64,000 bases of DNA from Octopus vulgaris (GCA_951406725.2 OX597827.1:80538001-80602000), one strand, 5' to 3'. Numbered from the stretch's first letter, positions 37,961 through 52,719 are shown. Translations and numbers: made by a program. The notes: generated by a model from the sequence alone, not told the origin.

Positions 37961-39039
37961 TATATCTTAATTAACTATACTTACTAGATATTTTGACCAT
38001 TCTCATTCTCATCATCATCACTATTTTCTATGCCAGCACACGTTGGGTGGTTCAACAGGATCTGATAAGTGATGGGGCTGCATAACACTCCAGTGTCGGC
38101 TTTGGTCTAGTTTCTACAGCTAGATGTCCTTCCTAACACCAGCTACTTTACAGAGTAGTTGGTGTTAGTACTACTGCTAGTGTTAGTGCTAGTAGTTACT
38201 TTACAGAGTAGTTGGTGTTAGTACTACTGTACTGGGTGCATTTTTTGTGCCACTGACACTAATGAGGTTGCAAGACAGGAAAATAACAAGAAAAGGAATA
38301 GGAAAAAAGTCACCTTGGCTACGTGTGTGTGTGTGTGGGGGTATTTGACAGTGGGGAGAGATGGATTTATGCCAATTGTTGAGAAGTTAAAGAAGAGGGA
38401 CCAGCACAGGTGCCTTATTATAGTGAATATATAAGGCTACCTCACATTGTATAAGGGTGGATAGGAATAACCGGAAAGAAGTGGATCTAGTCAGTATGGG
38501 GAGTGGATCAGGAGGTAATTAGAAAGTGGGGTACAGGTGAGTTTAGTAAGTGCTGAACAGGGATGGAGGTATGCTGTTTGGAAAGTATGGGTATTGGTTG
38601 GGGTAAGGAAGTATGGGTATTGGTCGAGATAGAGGTGTCTCAGGGATGGGATCAGGAAGTAGGAGATAAGGAGCATGAGCAGAGAGGAGGAGATCTAGAA
38701 GTAGGTAAGGATGGCTACTCTAAGCGACCATGGTAACAGATATGAGAGGGTGTTAAGAGTGATGGCAGGTATGAAAAGTGTTAAGATCAAGTACAACAGA
38801 GGAGGAGGGCAGATAACAGAAGAGCAGAAAGGAAGGGATCAGGGAGCATAGTGTGGGAAAGGATGATAATGAAAATGTGGGGTGGAAATTGGGAATGCTG
38901 GCAAGTAACTGGTAAACACAAAGGATTAGGGGATGTAATATGTACTGAGGAGGGATGGATGGGTGGAGGGCAGAGGGACAGGGCCCAGCATAATGAAGCA
39001 TAACCAGAATTTTAGGATCTCAGGCATAGAATATCACCA

Positions 39040-39560
39040 ATTACCTTGGTCCTTTGTCATCTCCTTGAGATTAGCTCTCACCACTTCATCCCATCTCTTC
39101 TTGAGTCTCCCTCTTCCACAAGTCCCATCCACTTTAAGCATCCTCATCCTTAAGCATCACATGTCTAAACGTGCACAGTTTTCTCTCTTGTGCATCTGGT
39201 TCCGCTAATGCCTAATTTCTTACTCTCAGACCATTAGCATTTCGTCATACATGCACACTAACATTGCACATCCATTGCAGCGTATTAGCTTTTATTCCTT
39301 TCTAGCCTTCACATGTCCTTTGCATTCGGTGCCCATCTTTCACTACACTGTAGCATTGGAGTTTAAACACAGGCACCTTACAATCTGTTTTTCTCTTGTA
39401 GAGAGAGAGAGAGAGAGCTTTTATTGCCAACAGAGGTCAAAGCTCTCTGAACTTTCTCAATCCTATTCTTATTCTAGCAACTATATTTTCAGGGCATCCT
39501 CTCCCACTGCTAATGAGGTCCCTTAGGTAACAGAAACCACCACCTATCTCTGGTAACCTC
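39040..39560 (-). mobile_element. Degenerate RTE LINE C-terminal fragment
   Basis: Minus strand gives GRGRLKKRWDEVV-like sequence; similar to 47950-48430. Confidence 0.55.
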
Positions 39561-39918
39561 AGCGATTCCTGATGCATCTGCAGCTTTGTCTTCATGTCCT
39601 AAACAGTTTTATTCACCATGCTGCTGTCAACTTAAATTGCTGGTCCCTTGAGAGGGTCAGCATAAGGTAACTCTCTTTTTATCCCATTCTCCACATTCAG
39701 CAGCCTCTCATAACACTTCCATGCCACTTTCCTGTCTTCTGTATCAATGGCAAGTATGCCTTCATCATTCTAAATACACTTTTCATCAACGATGTCTCAA
39801 TTCTCTCACACTTCTGAGTAATTCACACTATCAATCCACATGATGCAAGGCATGAGCACATCTCTTTCATTCTGCCACACTTTTAACCAAGTACAGCTGT
39901 CACCATGGTTTCCTATCA

Positions 39919-40330
39919 GCAGGCTGGAAAGCAGAGCATTTTCCAATCAAAGTCAGATGTAGAGGGTTTGTTGGACACAGTGTGAGACGACTGTTGTTAT
40001 CGTTAGGCCTAACACATCGTAAAGTCAATACCACCATGACTGATATCCAAACTACAGTGGAGAAAGCTAGCCACGGGATTTGGTTAAAGAGACGATGAAC
40101 GATGGCTAGAAGAATATTGAGCTTTATTTGATAACCAGCTGATCTAGTAAGCAGGGCCTCATATCAGTGAAGGGGGCCGGTGCACATTGATGCCATCGAG
40201 AGGTAGGCCCAGAAACGGCTCGCATTCTCTCCTGATGGCCCCATACACTTGCTGGCTTCTGGTATGCGGAGTTTTTGACTGGTAGCACTTGCATGTGCAA
40301 GTTGTTTGCAAGACATCTAATGCTCTCTAC
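39919..40330 (+). mobile_element. 3' end of an RLE-type (Hero/R2-group-like) non-LTR retrotransposon
   Basis: Open frame 39919-40098: AGWKAEHFPIKVRCRGFVGHSVRRLLLSLG...TVEKASHGIWLKRR*, resembling the PIEVGCRGF...AExASxWIW C-terminus of Hero-like elements. Confidence 0.55.
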
Positions 40331-43175
40331 TACCATCTTCCTTCTTTCCTAAGCCTGTCTCTTAGCCTTTACTGCCCTATCAAACATGACATTCTACCAC
40401 CATGTTACCTTCAGTTCAGCTGGGACTTTACCCCAGCCATACATCCAACTTGTAACCTTAGCAGGTGAGAATTCTCAATTGTCATCTAGGCTACAAGTGT
40501 TTAAATCTTTCTCCCTGCATTTCTATGCATCAATTAAAATCTATCTAAACTTATTCCCAACTGTGGGCGTCATTTCTTTTCCACATCTTCCTCCTCCATT
40601 TTTTGTTTTCTGTTTCTATTCTGCCTGGTTCTATCAACTTCCAAACCAAGGCAATGAAATTTAATTTTCTCTAATGCTCCCATTTCAGTGTTTTCCCAGA
40701 AATATTCTCTTCCTAAAGAAGTAACTATAAAAGGTATGAAGACTGACAATGTTCTTTATTACAGGACATGGACTCCTATCGCTATTGATTTTTTAAACAT
40801 CTCAATAACCATTTGAAAGTGTCAATAGCTTCATCGTCAACCACAAATACCACTAATATCTAACGAAGAGCTGAATCTACACTTATCTATTTGGTTTGAA
40901 GAAAACATTTTTGTTCTATTGTGGTATTCATCATCATTTAACATCTACCTTTCATGTGTTCAATCAAGTTTCCTTTGGCAGGATGCTTTTCCCATCCCAA
41001 ACCCTCACCTGTTTCCAATTAAGGTAACATTTTTCCCCTGGAAGACTGAAGACAAACAACATTATCAGTGATGCTCGTTTACAATCATCACATGATGTCA
41101 AGACAAGGGAACACACAAATACACACATTATGGATTTCTTTCAGTTTCCATCTACCAAATTCACTCACAGGGCTTTTGGTCAGCTTTAGAAGACACTTGC
41201 CAAAGATGCCACACAGTAGGACTGAATTTGAAACCACATAGTTGAGCTTCTTAATCTTCTTATTAAAATAATATTTACTAAATATAATATACTTCAAATA
41301 AAATGCAATCACTTAAGAATTGGTATATTTATATGAGAAACTTACAAATAAGCCAGAATCTTGTTTGTTCTTATATGATATCAATGATATATAATGGGCA
41401 GACTGAAATATATAGGCATATTACAATTTAAATAATGACAGACATATCTTTGTACGTCGTTATTTAGTGATTATAAATGGTACAATTGCTGTAAAATTGT
41501 TCATTCTGTAACAATTTTAGCTTCTGCAGTAATGCTATTAGGATATGGTATATTTATAAAACAGAGAAAAGAATGCATGGCAAAATAATTTATCATATTG
41601 TCATACATTATGGTAGATACCTTGTTTCCAGGTACTTAGATCAACACAAATTACTTGTAAATGTTTGAAGAAACCAGACAAATGTGTTGTAGGTGCACAT
41701 AAGCAATGCTTGCTACATTTGGCAAGGAGTATTCTTACACATTTCTTATTCCCGTTCAGTGATTTCTAATCCATAGTTTTGCACATATGGAGCATTCTGT
41801 AAGGTATATCTAAAGCCTTTGTATAATAAAACCTCTAAGAAGCTATTGGATGTAAGTTTCAGTCACTCATCCCTTTAATCTCTCAGCTTCTTGTCATCAA
41901 CGAAGTTTACGTAATTTTGAGATGAATTCCTGATGTAATTAACTCAAATTGGAGTCAGAATCACTTTAAGAACGAAAATCATCAGAAAAAATAAGTGACA
42001 AGTTCTCGATTATAACCTAGTTTCAGTTAGGTTAAAATATGTTTTTGGTGGTGAATATGAGTAATTCCATCATTTTATCTGATACAATGGACTGGCAAAG
42101 AATATGTAACATGGGATGGTTATTGTGAAGAGGGAAACATCTTATGAGAAGCAAAGAATAACAAGTAACAAAGGTTCAGAACACTCACAAATAATAAACA
42201 ATATTAAAATTTAGCAGTTTTTGTGAAATATGTGGAAACATTATAAATGCAGAACATTGTGAAATACATCTGACTCTAGTGACATAATGTAGCTGACGAT
42301 GATGATGATGGATTGTCTTCATTCGGAATTGCAAACCTGGTTTGCATATAAAAGACATTTCAACTTCATATAAAACACCACGAAAACCATAACGAAAGAC
42401 TGGGAAAAATAGTACAAAATACAAGAAGATAACCTTAAAATTACTTAATTTTATTCTATTCTATTCAATCCACCCCAACATGGTAATTGGATGCAGTACG
42501 ATGGTAATGATGATGATGACGCTAATGGTTTGACATACATATACATATAATTAACAAGTAAACACACACACAATATAAATGATATTGTTTATAATTCCTA
42601 AATTCCAAACAAAGATGGTGCTTCTCATTGTATTGTATTTTACAACATAACATTAATTTTGCCAACTTTCTAGCAGCAGGGAATCATATTAGGTGCACCA
42701 TAACCAAAATCTACAACAAATTGCTACCTCATTATTTCTAACGACTTACAAGCTATAACCATATTTAAACATGTTTCTGCCATACCAAACATCTCAATAA
42801 ATCTTTCATATAACATCAACTACAAAGATACAACATTATATCTTCCTTATAACAAAAAACAAAAGATACACTTTGCAATCTATTTTGTAGATAGTTTCTA
42901 TTGTTATTGATGAAAATGAGTAACAAATATAATATAGACCCCCAACAATACTGTTTCCCTCAATAAAAACTGAGTCATTAAATATTTCAATCAACGACAT
43001 TTAGCTAATTGTGAAATAAAACAATTTGAACAACGTTACTGAAAACGTGAGAATTATTATTCAGTCTCTTTGTTCTCTTGTTAATAATAAATATGTTAGA
43101 ATAATATCAGAAACATTATTCACTGAGATTTATTGCATCAAATGAGATTATAAAAAGATTTAAATAGAAACTTAC

Positions 43176-43359
43176 CTTTTTAATAATTATATCATTGGTT
43201 ATTCAGTGAGAAAGAGAAAGCTGTATTGTTGTAGAAAGATCCATTGTAAGTGCTGCTGTAATGGTGTGACAATGGCTGTTATGGTGATGGAGTAGTGTAG
43301 CACGTCAGGCAGAGAGTCTGCTGCTAGGAGAGGGTTGCATGTGTCACTGAAGTTGTATG
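43176..43359 (-). other. Conserved non-coding first exon of g4
   Basis: Near-identical block; donor acttac 43170-43175. Confidence 0.75.
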
Positions 43360-43585
43360 TTTTCTGAGTGTACGTCCATCTAATAATGTATTTATCCTTA
43401 AAGATGATATTTGTCAGCTATTTACATATATATATATATATAGATATATATAAACAGCTACACATAAAAAAATTGTTAAGTTTAATAATATCAGCAATGT
43501 GAATAGCTTTGTTAGTGATTTCTTTCTATGTTTTTAGTGAGAGTCTGATTGGCTGAATGACCTAAACAGAAGACCAATGATGATG
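43360..43585 (-). promoter_or_regulatory. Putative g4 promoter with inverted CCAAT pair
   Basis: ATTGG 43548-43552, CCAAT 43574-43578, 21 bp spacer; spacer sequence identical to g2's. Confidence 0.6.
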
Positions 43586-44392
43586 ATCTCCTTTATATTG
43601 ATTTTACTAGACAAAATACCTTAAATTTATACAAGGAAGAAAGCGAGACTGTGTGATATTCATCCTTCTTCACAATCCTCACTGCCATTATAACAATCTT
43701 TATGCTGAATTACATTACTGCTAACAATTCTATGTCAGTATTCTCATTTAAATTCATTTTAATTTATATTTCAATGGGAATGTCTATATTTTGTCACAAG
43801 AATATGTGACATGGACATTTTTAATTAAGTTTAAAATATTGCTTACAGTTAGTCTTAAACAAAATAGTGAAGAGATAATTACAAATGTTAATTACAAAAC
43901 ATTTATACTGCTATTGTTAGATAACTATACTATAAAAGTAATTTCTAAAACTGGCAAAAGATTTAGCAAGAGAATGGAATCAAAAATGTAATCAAGCATT
44001 TTGACATCAGAGCAAAGTTTCAAGGAAACTGACAGAATGAAAACCTGGGTTGGATTGAAACTTTAACATATCAGTGTTGGCTTTGCTTTTCACAGTTTCT
44101 ATCAAAAGGCTTGATTTTATTTTATTTGCAGACAGAAGATATTAGTTATTCAAAAATAAAAGTGTCATAATCATAGAACAGAACCTTAAATTGACTAAAA
44201 CGAAACTTAACCTAACTTTATGTTTTTGTCTCAGAACTCTTAGTCATATACAGACACTTGTTATCTATGGATGACTAATATAGAAGAAACACTAAAAAAT
44301 GTTTTTATTGGTATCGTTTATGAACTGATAAGTGAATATTGCATATGTACAGCTAGAGATGAAGGTAGTTGTTACTTCAACAGCTGATTAAT

Positions 44393-47310
44393 TTAGACAT
44401 GTTTCACTGGTGTTTCTTCACTGGAATCTTTTGATGTAGATGTATCATTGTTCTTATAAATACTTTGATCTGAAATTTAGATGAAAATAGACATTTCTGA
44501 CAAAATCCTAAAATATAGGCACTTTAATACAGATTGAAGAATTAGAGATAATTATTAAATGTCAATGCATGAAATATAAATGAAGTCAAAAAACCAGTTT
44601 ATTTATTAACCTGATACTCCTGGTATTTCTTCGTAATGTTTCAACTCTCCATGTCTACCACTTCTCTTGGATGACATTGTATCTGATGTATAGTTACAAA
44701 CCATAGTAGCATTATCTTCCACAGCATCATCACTTGATGTCACCACAACAGGTTGACAGTATTTCTGTTGACAAACAAACGAAAAGAAATGTGAGAAGAC
44801 ACCAAACAATGGAAGTTACAATCAACATGGAAAGAGAACAATTTAATATTGGAATGTATTATTGAAGTTAAAACATATTCAAAGAGATTTCATTGTTCAC
44901 TTTTACAGAGAGAAAATGTAATGTTTCCACTTACTGGGGTAGGTTTTGGTAAAGTTCTCGACTGAACTGAAGATTCATATTTGTTCTGTAGCTGACCTTC
45001 TGCATAACATTCACTCTTGGATCTCTCAGAATAGATATTCCGCTTCACCATCTCTTCTGCATTCCTCGACATAGCAACAGAAGTGTTAGTCTGGTACAAC
45101 AATTGTTTCATCTCTGCTCTACCTTGGTAGGCTGTATTCTTTGTGGCAGCAGCTGTGTTATCTCTGTGTTTAATACATTTCATAATACACAGCGTTATAG
45201 AAACAACAATAGCCACTGATATTATTACTGCTGATGATACAATGATAATAACCCATGTCATATGGACCCGACCTGAAGATTGTAAAGGTCCACTCTTCGA
45301 CATTGGTGATGTCTCGTTACTAACAGCCAACACCAAAGTGACACTAGTTGTTGACGACTGAACTGGACTACCACTGTCCTTCACAACAAACACCAGCTCA
45401 TAACTTCCAGCATCGTTTAGATAAACTTGTCTGGAGAAGGATAAAGCACCACTGTGTGAGTTCATACTAAACAACTGTTTATCATTTCCTTGTTTGATTG
45501 CATATCTGAGGAAAGCATTGTTTCCACTGTCCCCATCAGACGCTCTCAAAACTGTGATGTCACTCTTACTCTGCGGATGGTACTGCACATTTAGCGTGTA
45601 AGGGTCACTACTAGGATATGTAAAATACGGAGCATTGTCATTTTGATCTAGAATCTCAACAACAACATTCGCTGTGTCATTCAGAGATGGGCTTCCATTG
45701 TCTTTGACAAAAACCTCAAACTTATACACATCTTGTTTCTCTCTGTCCAATGACATGGTCGCTGAAATGAAGCCATAACTGGTGATGAGAAATGGGAGAT
45801 TGGATTTTTCTTTACGCAGCAGAGAATATGTGAGTTGTCCAGCAGATCCAAGATCAGGGTCAGTGGCATTGACAAAACCAATAGGGAAGTCTTTATCTTT
45901 GTTTTCATAGGTGAGGAATTGGAATGTATCTTTGGTAAACTGTGGTTGTACATCGTTGATGTCAGTCACTTGGATAGAGAGGCTTTTAACACTTTTAAGA
46001 GGAGGTAATCCTTTATCTTGACAGGAGACAGGAATGTTATAGTGTCCTTGTGTTTCTCTGTCCACTGGTTTGTTTAGAATGATTTTATATTCTTTAGATC
46101 CCATTGACTGTAGTTTGAATGTATCATGTTTGATATCACAGCTGACCTCTCCATTTTGTCCCACATCATTGTCGGTGACCATCACATAAGCAATGAAACT
46201 ACCAACTTTGATGTCTTCAGAAATGGTAGCTGTGTTGTCATTGATTGCATTAACATAATCAATATCAATAGATGGAGGATTATTGTGTTGGTTGATAACA
46301 TTTACCAAAACTGTTGCTATAGAACTGAGAGGAGGGCTGCCCCCATCTCTGGCCTCTATGAACAGTTCATAAGTTTTCTTTTTTCCTAAACTTGTATATT
46401 TACTTAACAAAATAGTTCCACTGTTTTCATTTACCTCAAAATAGCTTTTTGCTAGATCTGATGTTTTGGGACTGAAGTGGAAAGTAATTTTACCATTTTC
46501 ACCAGCATCAGCATCAGTCACAGATAAAACAATGATGGGTTTAGACTTGTGATAGGTACTTTGTATGGATATATTATATAAAGGTTTAGAAAATACAGGT
46601 GGGTTGTCGTTCAAATCTATTATTGAGATATTTATATTTAAAATACCTTGTTTTGCTGGTGACCCTCCATCTTTAGCTATGACCTGTAATAAATAAGTAT
46701 CTTTGATTTCTCTGTCTAATGATTCTTTCAAAACTATTTTAAGAGAAGAAATACCATCAGCTCTTTTAGACACTGACAGAGAGAATGGTTCTCCATTCTT
46801 TGATTTTAATTTATATTGAATTAATGAGTTTTGAAATCCAACATCTTTGTCCATAGCATTGGGTATTGATCTGTCTGAACCTTTGCGATCATGTTCACCA
46901 AACTCAATATTTACTCCTTTTATAGGAAATTCAGGTTCATGGTCATTGATATCTTCTATTACTATTTTGATTTTTAGTACTTTTGTAACACTGGTTCCTT
47001 TATTGACAACAACTTTGACAGTTCTGGAACATTCTTTGTTGAATGTGCAGAGATCTTCTGCATCCAGTGTCTGAGCAGTGTACAGTTTACCTGTTTTGGT
47101 GATGTTAAATAACTGTGCCACCTTTCGTTTGAATTGACTGAATGTTATCAAATGTTGGTCAGATGGTTTAACATTGTCTAAAAGTTTAGAATCGGCAGCA
47201 ATGTCTGCTACATATGTTCCTGGACTTCTCTCTTCTTCCACATGGTAGGTAAGGTCTATGGTCAAGACACAGTGGACCATTGACAGTACAATGGACAATG
47301 GTAGGAACAT
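44393..47310 (-). CDS. Pcdh: Protocadherin g5, intact, ~868 aa; coding exons 47310-44935, 44764-44611, 44469-44393
   Basis: 806-aa track ORF plus two spliced exons; terminal exon DQSIYKNNDTSTSKDSSEETPVKHV*. Large-exon acceptor at 47350. Confidence 0.95.
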
Positions 47311-47624
47311 GTTGATAGTTCGTCTTGTTTAAAAAATCAAATGTGTTAACCTAAGAAGAGAAATACATTTCTATTTATTATCAGAAGTAAATCATTTTAA
47401 AATATAGTTATCAGTTACATTAGAAATATGAATCTATTACTTTAGAAAACTGCATTTATAGATTTTATGAAGAAGTCAATAATTTGTTTCAATGAATCTG
47501 CAAAACTGAGAAAAATAGCAAAAGCTATGTATCCTATGAAAGAGATTTTATTTAATTCACTAAATTGTTTTTGGATAACTACACTGAAGAACAAGAATGA
47601 GAACCAGAACAATGATAACAGCAG

Positions 47625-49050
47625 TTGCCATCTTTTAACATCCATTTTCGATACTGGCATGAGCAGGATGGTTTGACCAGAGCTGGTAAGCCAGAGAGCA
47701 GCACCAGGTTCCTGTCAGATGTGACTTGGTTTCTACAGATGGAAGCCTTTCCTAACACCAACCACTTTACAGTGTGTGCTTGGGCCTTTTAATGTGGCAC
47801 CAGCACAGGACTCTTGCAGACCAATCCTTTTCACCAGGGAATGTGGCCTTAACACTTCTGCTGGCTGTGGAGGATGGTTCTTCCTGAGTACAGCAAGGTG
47901 CCAGGTATCTCAATCCTTTGGCATATTGTGTGAAAGGTTCAGTGTTCTGAGGTGGTCCTTCACCCCATGGCTTCCTGGGTCTCTCTCTTCCATAAGTTCC
48001 ATTAATTTTGAATGAATGGCACTTCTTTATAGAGCTGTCAGCATCCATCTGCATGACATGACCAAATCAGCACAGCCTTTTCCCTTGCACACAGCATCTA
48101 ATCCCTCTTATGCCCAACTTCTATCTCAAAACACTAGCACTATGTCAAACATGTACACTTACATAATACATCCAACAGAGCATACTGGCCTTACTCCTCT
48201 CTAGCCTTCACATGTCCCCTGTATTCAGGGCCCACGTCTTGCTTCCATCTAGCATTGCTGTTCGTATACATGCATCATACAATCTTCCTTTCACTCAGAG
48301 AGGCAAAACTTTTGTTGTCAAACAGAGGTAAAAACTCTGAATTTTCTCCATCCTATTCTTATTCTAGCTATTATGCTATCCATATGTCCACCCCCACTTC
48401 TAATTTGGTCCCCTAGGTAACAGAAATTATCCACTACCTCTAAAGAGCTTCTGGGGCATTTGAGAAAATTGATTTCCCAAGTATCTGTAGTTTTTGTGGC
48501 TTCTATGCATCTTCCACATATGAACATTTTTTCTCTGATAACCCTCCTACTATTTCACTGCACCTCTTGTGTGTCCATGGCTTACACTAGGTACACCAGA
48601 TGGAATTCCTACGTATGCCTTTCCTACAAATTGAGCAGGGCCAGTAACCTGAACAGAGTAGGGTCCTGTCTGGTTTCTTTTTCTTTTGCATACTAAGACC
48701 ATAATCTTCTAAGTAGATCATAAGGCCCTTAAATTCCAGGCTTTGTTTCTATATCTGGAATTTCTTTTCCAGCTCTGATGCAGTATCTACTTTGAGGACA
48801 AGATTATCAGTATAAAGGAGTTCCCAGGAGCAGCCAGTCTTGAATTCCTGAAGGACAATGATGAAAAGTAGGGGACTGAGGGCTGAGCCTTGATGGACAA
48901 CTACCTGTACACCAAATTCTTTACTATACTCATGGTTAACTTTCAGCTTACAGACAGCACCCCTGTTCATGGCCTGTACAACTTTCACAAGCCACTAATC
49001 TACTCCTAGCCTCCTCAGAGCCCACCATATCACACAGCAGCGTACTCTAT
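47625..49050 (-). mobile_element. Degenerate RTE LINE (RT C-terminal half plus 3' end)
   Basis: EFGVQVVVHQGSALSPLLFIIVL, CSWELLYTDNLVL, VVDNFCYLGDQI, ARIRIGWRKFR, GRERPRKPW; runs into the same 3' tail as the short repeats. Confidence 0.85.
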
Positions 49051-50270
49051 TGAAGGCTGAATATTTATCTTTAATAGGAAAAAGAAAATTTACTCTACAA
49101 AGCATAAGAAAAAGTATGTTCCTCCACAATGACATAAAGTTTATATATATATATATTTGCCAAATTTCTAACAACAGCAAACAATAGATACCTGTATATA
49201 TCACACTGAAATGAGAGCTAACAGACAACTATTTCTTATTTTTATTTCAAGTCTTCTCTGAATATATTTTAGTTGGTTCCATATATTATTTGATTAACAT
49301 CAACTGATATTAACTTTCTCAATGCCTGCCTTACTTTACAAAATGCAGAACATTATCCAAAGTGTACTTTTTTGTAATACAAAGGAGATTTGACTACTGT
49401 TTCTAGTAATTCCAATGAACACATAAAGATTTCTCAATTGGCCCAGCAGAAAAAAAGAAAAAACCATATCCTTCATCTTTCTGAATTTAAGTAGAAGAGG
49501 GAAAATTTATTGACACTTCAAGAAAAACTTATTCAGTTGCCATTCTTAAAGATGTAAGTTTGCATTAAATCCCATAACTACTAAAAATTTCTACAGTCTA
49601 AAACCTGATGTTTGTGGTGGTTTTTTTAGATTATAAAACTTTAATTTATTTATTGGAGGAGGGATTTGTTGAGGAGATCTGCCGAGATAGAAAAATAGTG
49701 CATTTTTAGGAATGATATTTCAATGCACAAGTAAAAATAACTTGAAAACCGGGTGAATCCCACACTAAACCATATATTATTCTGTAAACTTACAGTGAAA
49801 GCTTTCAGAAAACCACAGGTTTTAACATTGGGAATTTCCCAGTTTTAAAGACATAAGGTAAAATATAAAGGTAAATGTGAGAAAATTTAGCTTGAGGCTA
49901 GGAGAATTTAAAAAAATTTCAGTTGGCATTTAATATTTCAAACGATTGAATTGATTCAACCAATGCTGAAATTATGTAGTTAATCAATGACAAAATACAT
50001 CCATTTTCAAAGTATGAAGAAAATTTCCTGGACCCCCAAAACAATATTTAACAAAACCCAAGACCCTGTGAAAAGTACAATATATACAAAGTTTATATTC
50101 AAATTTTTAAAATTTGCAAATAGACTTCCAGAAACCAAACTAGATCAGTGTTGCATATATTTCCCTTGCCTAGGTAGGTAGGGGTCAGGTGGATATGAAG
50201 GAATTCACTTCTAAATCAAGACAGTAGTTCTGCAAATAGAAAATATTCCAGCTGACTTAAATGCTTACTT

Positions 50271-50580
50271 TCATCATCATCATCATCATCATCGTTTAAC
50301 ATCCGCTTTCCATGCTAGCATGGGTTGGACAATTTGACTGAGGGCTGGTGAACCAGATGGCTGCACCAGGTTCCAATCTTGATCTGGCAGAGTTTCTACA
50401 GCTGGATGCCCTTCCTAACACCAGCCACTCCGAGAGTGTAGTGGGTGCTTTTTACGTGCCACCAGCACAGGGGCCAGTCAGGCGGTACTGGCAACGACCT
50501 TGCTCGAATCTTTTTACACATGCCACTGGCACAGGTGCCAGTAAGGCGACGTTGGTAACAATCACGCTTGAATGGTGCCT
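50271..50580 (-). mobile_element. RTE-tail repeat, close match to 9520-9825
   Basis: (cat)n, then gtttaacatccgctttccatgctagcatggg...gctcgaatctttttacacatgcc. Confidence 0.8.
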
Positions 50581-52719
50581 TAAAAATTTAAGATTTCTTA
50601 ATAAGTAATAAGAAAGCCTATATTTTAAGAAAATACCATCTACACCCTGCAACAACATCCAGGGAAAGAAAACAGTTCAGCAATGACATTATAATAATCA
50701 CTTGGATGTTAAATAATGAAACGAGTTTTCATCATCCTTAATTTCAGTTTCTGCCATATTTTTATTGCAGTAATGAGTCCAATGTCCTTGTATACAACAT
50801 TTTTTGCTGTAAAGTCATTATTTTCTCCTTTCTACATTAACTTTTAGTTCACTTCAAACCTACAGCCTACTGATTGTATCAACAAGGTTAGCATTTTGAC
50901 TGCTTTTGCACGATAGATTGGTTCAAACACATGGTATGATTTTATGACAGCCTTGAGTCATCCAGAGACCCAAGTCCAACACAACTATTTAGATCTCTTA
51001 CAGGGCTTAGAAAGACGAGAGGACTGTTGCCATGAGTGTGTGAATCTGAGAGGGGAATATGTTGAATAAACTCACAATTAACTGATCCTTCTATATTTTT
51101 TTTTTACCTAAAGCCAGGAACTTTTCAGCAGCCCCTTATACTTTTCCTTCAAAGAAATGACCCATTTAATAATTGAAAGAGGCAGCATGTGCCTCAAAAA
51201 GATGGCTTGCCAAGATTCTTTTTTTAATATAGTTTATTAAATGGTGGTGGTTATAGTGAAGAATTTTTCTAAAAGTTTTTCCATGTGCTGTTGTTCCAAC
51301 TTTTCATAAGCTATTAAGTTGTGTAATTTTTCCAAAATATATTGCTGCAATTTTACTTCTCAGCTTTCAGTAATGTCACATTTCAGCTTCCTTTTCCTTC
51401 TGACTAATTGAAGATTGGAGCATTTTTCATTTAGCATTCAAATTCCATTCAACAATAATTACAAACAAATCCATTTGCTGGCTTTCTAAACATACTACTA
51501 ATTGGCATGCTATTGTGATCTCTTACATTGCTTATCAAACAGGCTAGTTTCCTTTTATATATTATGAAAACCTTTGTGATAATCCCATTCAGTTGTTAGT
51601 ACAGAAATATAATGTGTCTATTGATATTTGTTTAAGATTTTCTCAACCTTTGATGTAAAACTTATCAGAAGCCAAAGCCATTTGAAAATACAGGGATTAA
51701 GAATGCATTCCATGACAAATTATGCTTAAGACGATGTGCATCCGAATTATTTCAAAAACTTTTGTTTTACAAAATAGAAAAATATGAGTGGAGAGAAGAG
51801 TTTTAACGGATAAAGTGGGGATAACGAGTGATATGGTTCTGGATAAGTAATATCAAGAATGAGCAGCTGCTAGGGAAGGGACGGGTGGGTACACACAAAC
51901 ACACACACATCATTGTCCTCCTCATCATCATTTAACATTCATTTTCCATGATCACATAGACTGGGTGATTTGACAGGATCCAACGGGCTCTGAAGGTTGC
52001 ACTGGACACTAATGTCTGCTTTGGCATAGTTTGTATGGCTGACCTTTGCTAATGCTACCCACTTTACAGCTTGTACTTTTTTTTTTTTTTTTGCAGCATC
52101 AGCACTTGTGAAGGTACCGTGTAACCTACAAGACTAAGATTCCCTTTGACTGAGTGGGACAACAGTAGAGAGGGAAGCAGCTTTATGCTATGGAATGAGG
52201 GCTTAAAGGGTGAGAGAAGGGTTCAGAATAGAACAAGTTACATGTTGCTCATATTAAAGAAGAGGGTACTGATGACTGGAAAGTGATAAAGATGGTGAAG
52301 GGGAGGTGTCAGGATGAACTTTCAAGATAAGGGATGTGCAGAAGAGAATGGGGGACAAGAGAAGAGGAAGTGTGGAGAGGTAGAATTTATAAGAGTGAAT
52401 GGAAGATGAAAAATGGTTAGAGATATAGAACAAGCGAGAGGGTGAAAATTGTAAAGAACAAAAGATGAGAGATGATAAGTAGGGAACAGGGAAGAGTAGG
52501 TAAGAGCTGTAGAAATTGGGTAGGATTGTAGAGGGATCAATGATAGATGAACTGGAGGGGAGTAGAATAGAGGAGCAGACAGTGCAGAAAAGGGTGGGGT
52601 AGGGTGAAGAGCAACATAATAATAATAATAATAATAATAATAATCATAGTGACTTGACATATGACTAAAGACTGTGTTACGATGGAATAATAATGATAAT
52701 GTTGATGATAATAATGATT

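Noticed and set aside
38380-39000. Purine-rich tracts (also ~5290-5480, 35740-36000, 52260-52610) as genes or G-quadruplex elements
   Set aside because: Low-complexity sequence next to retroelement fragments; the ORFs have biased composition and no conservation among units.
50700-51800. Possible DNA transposase remnant
   Set aside because: No recognisable motif or terminal repeats that I can support.
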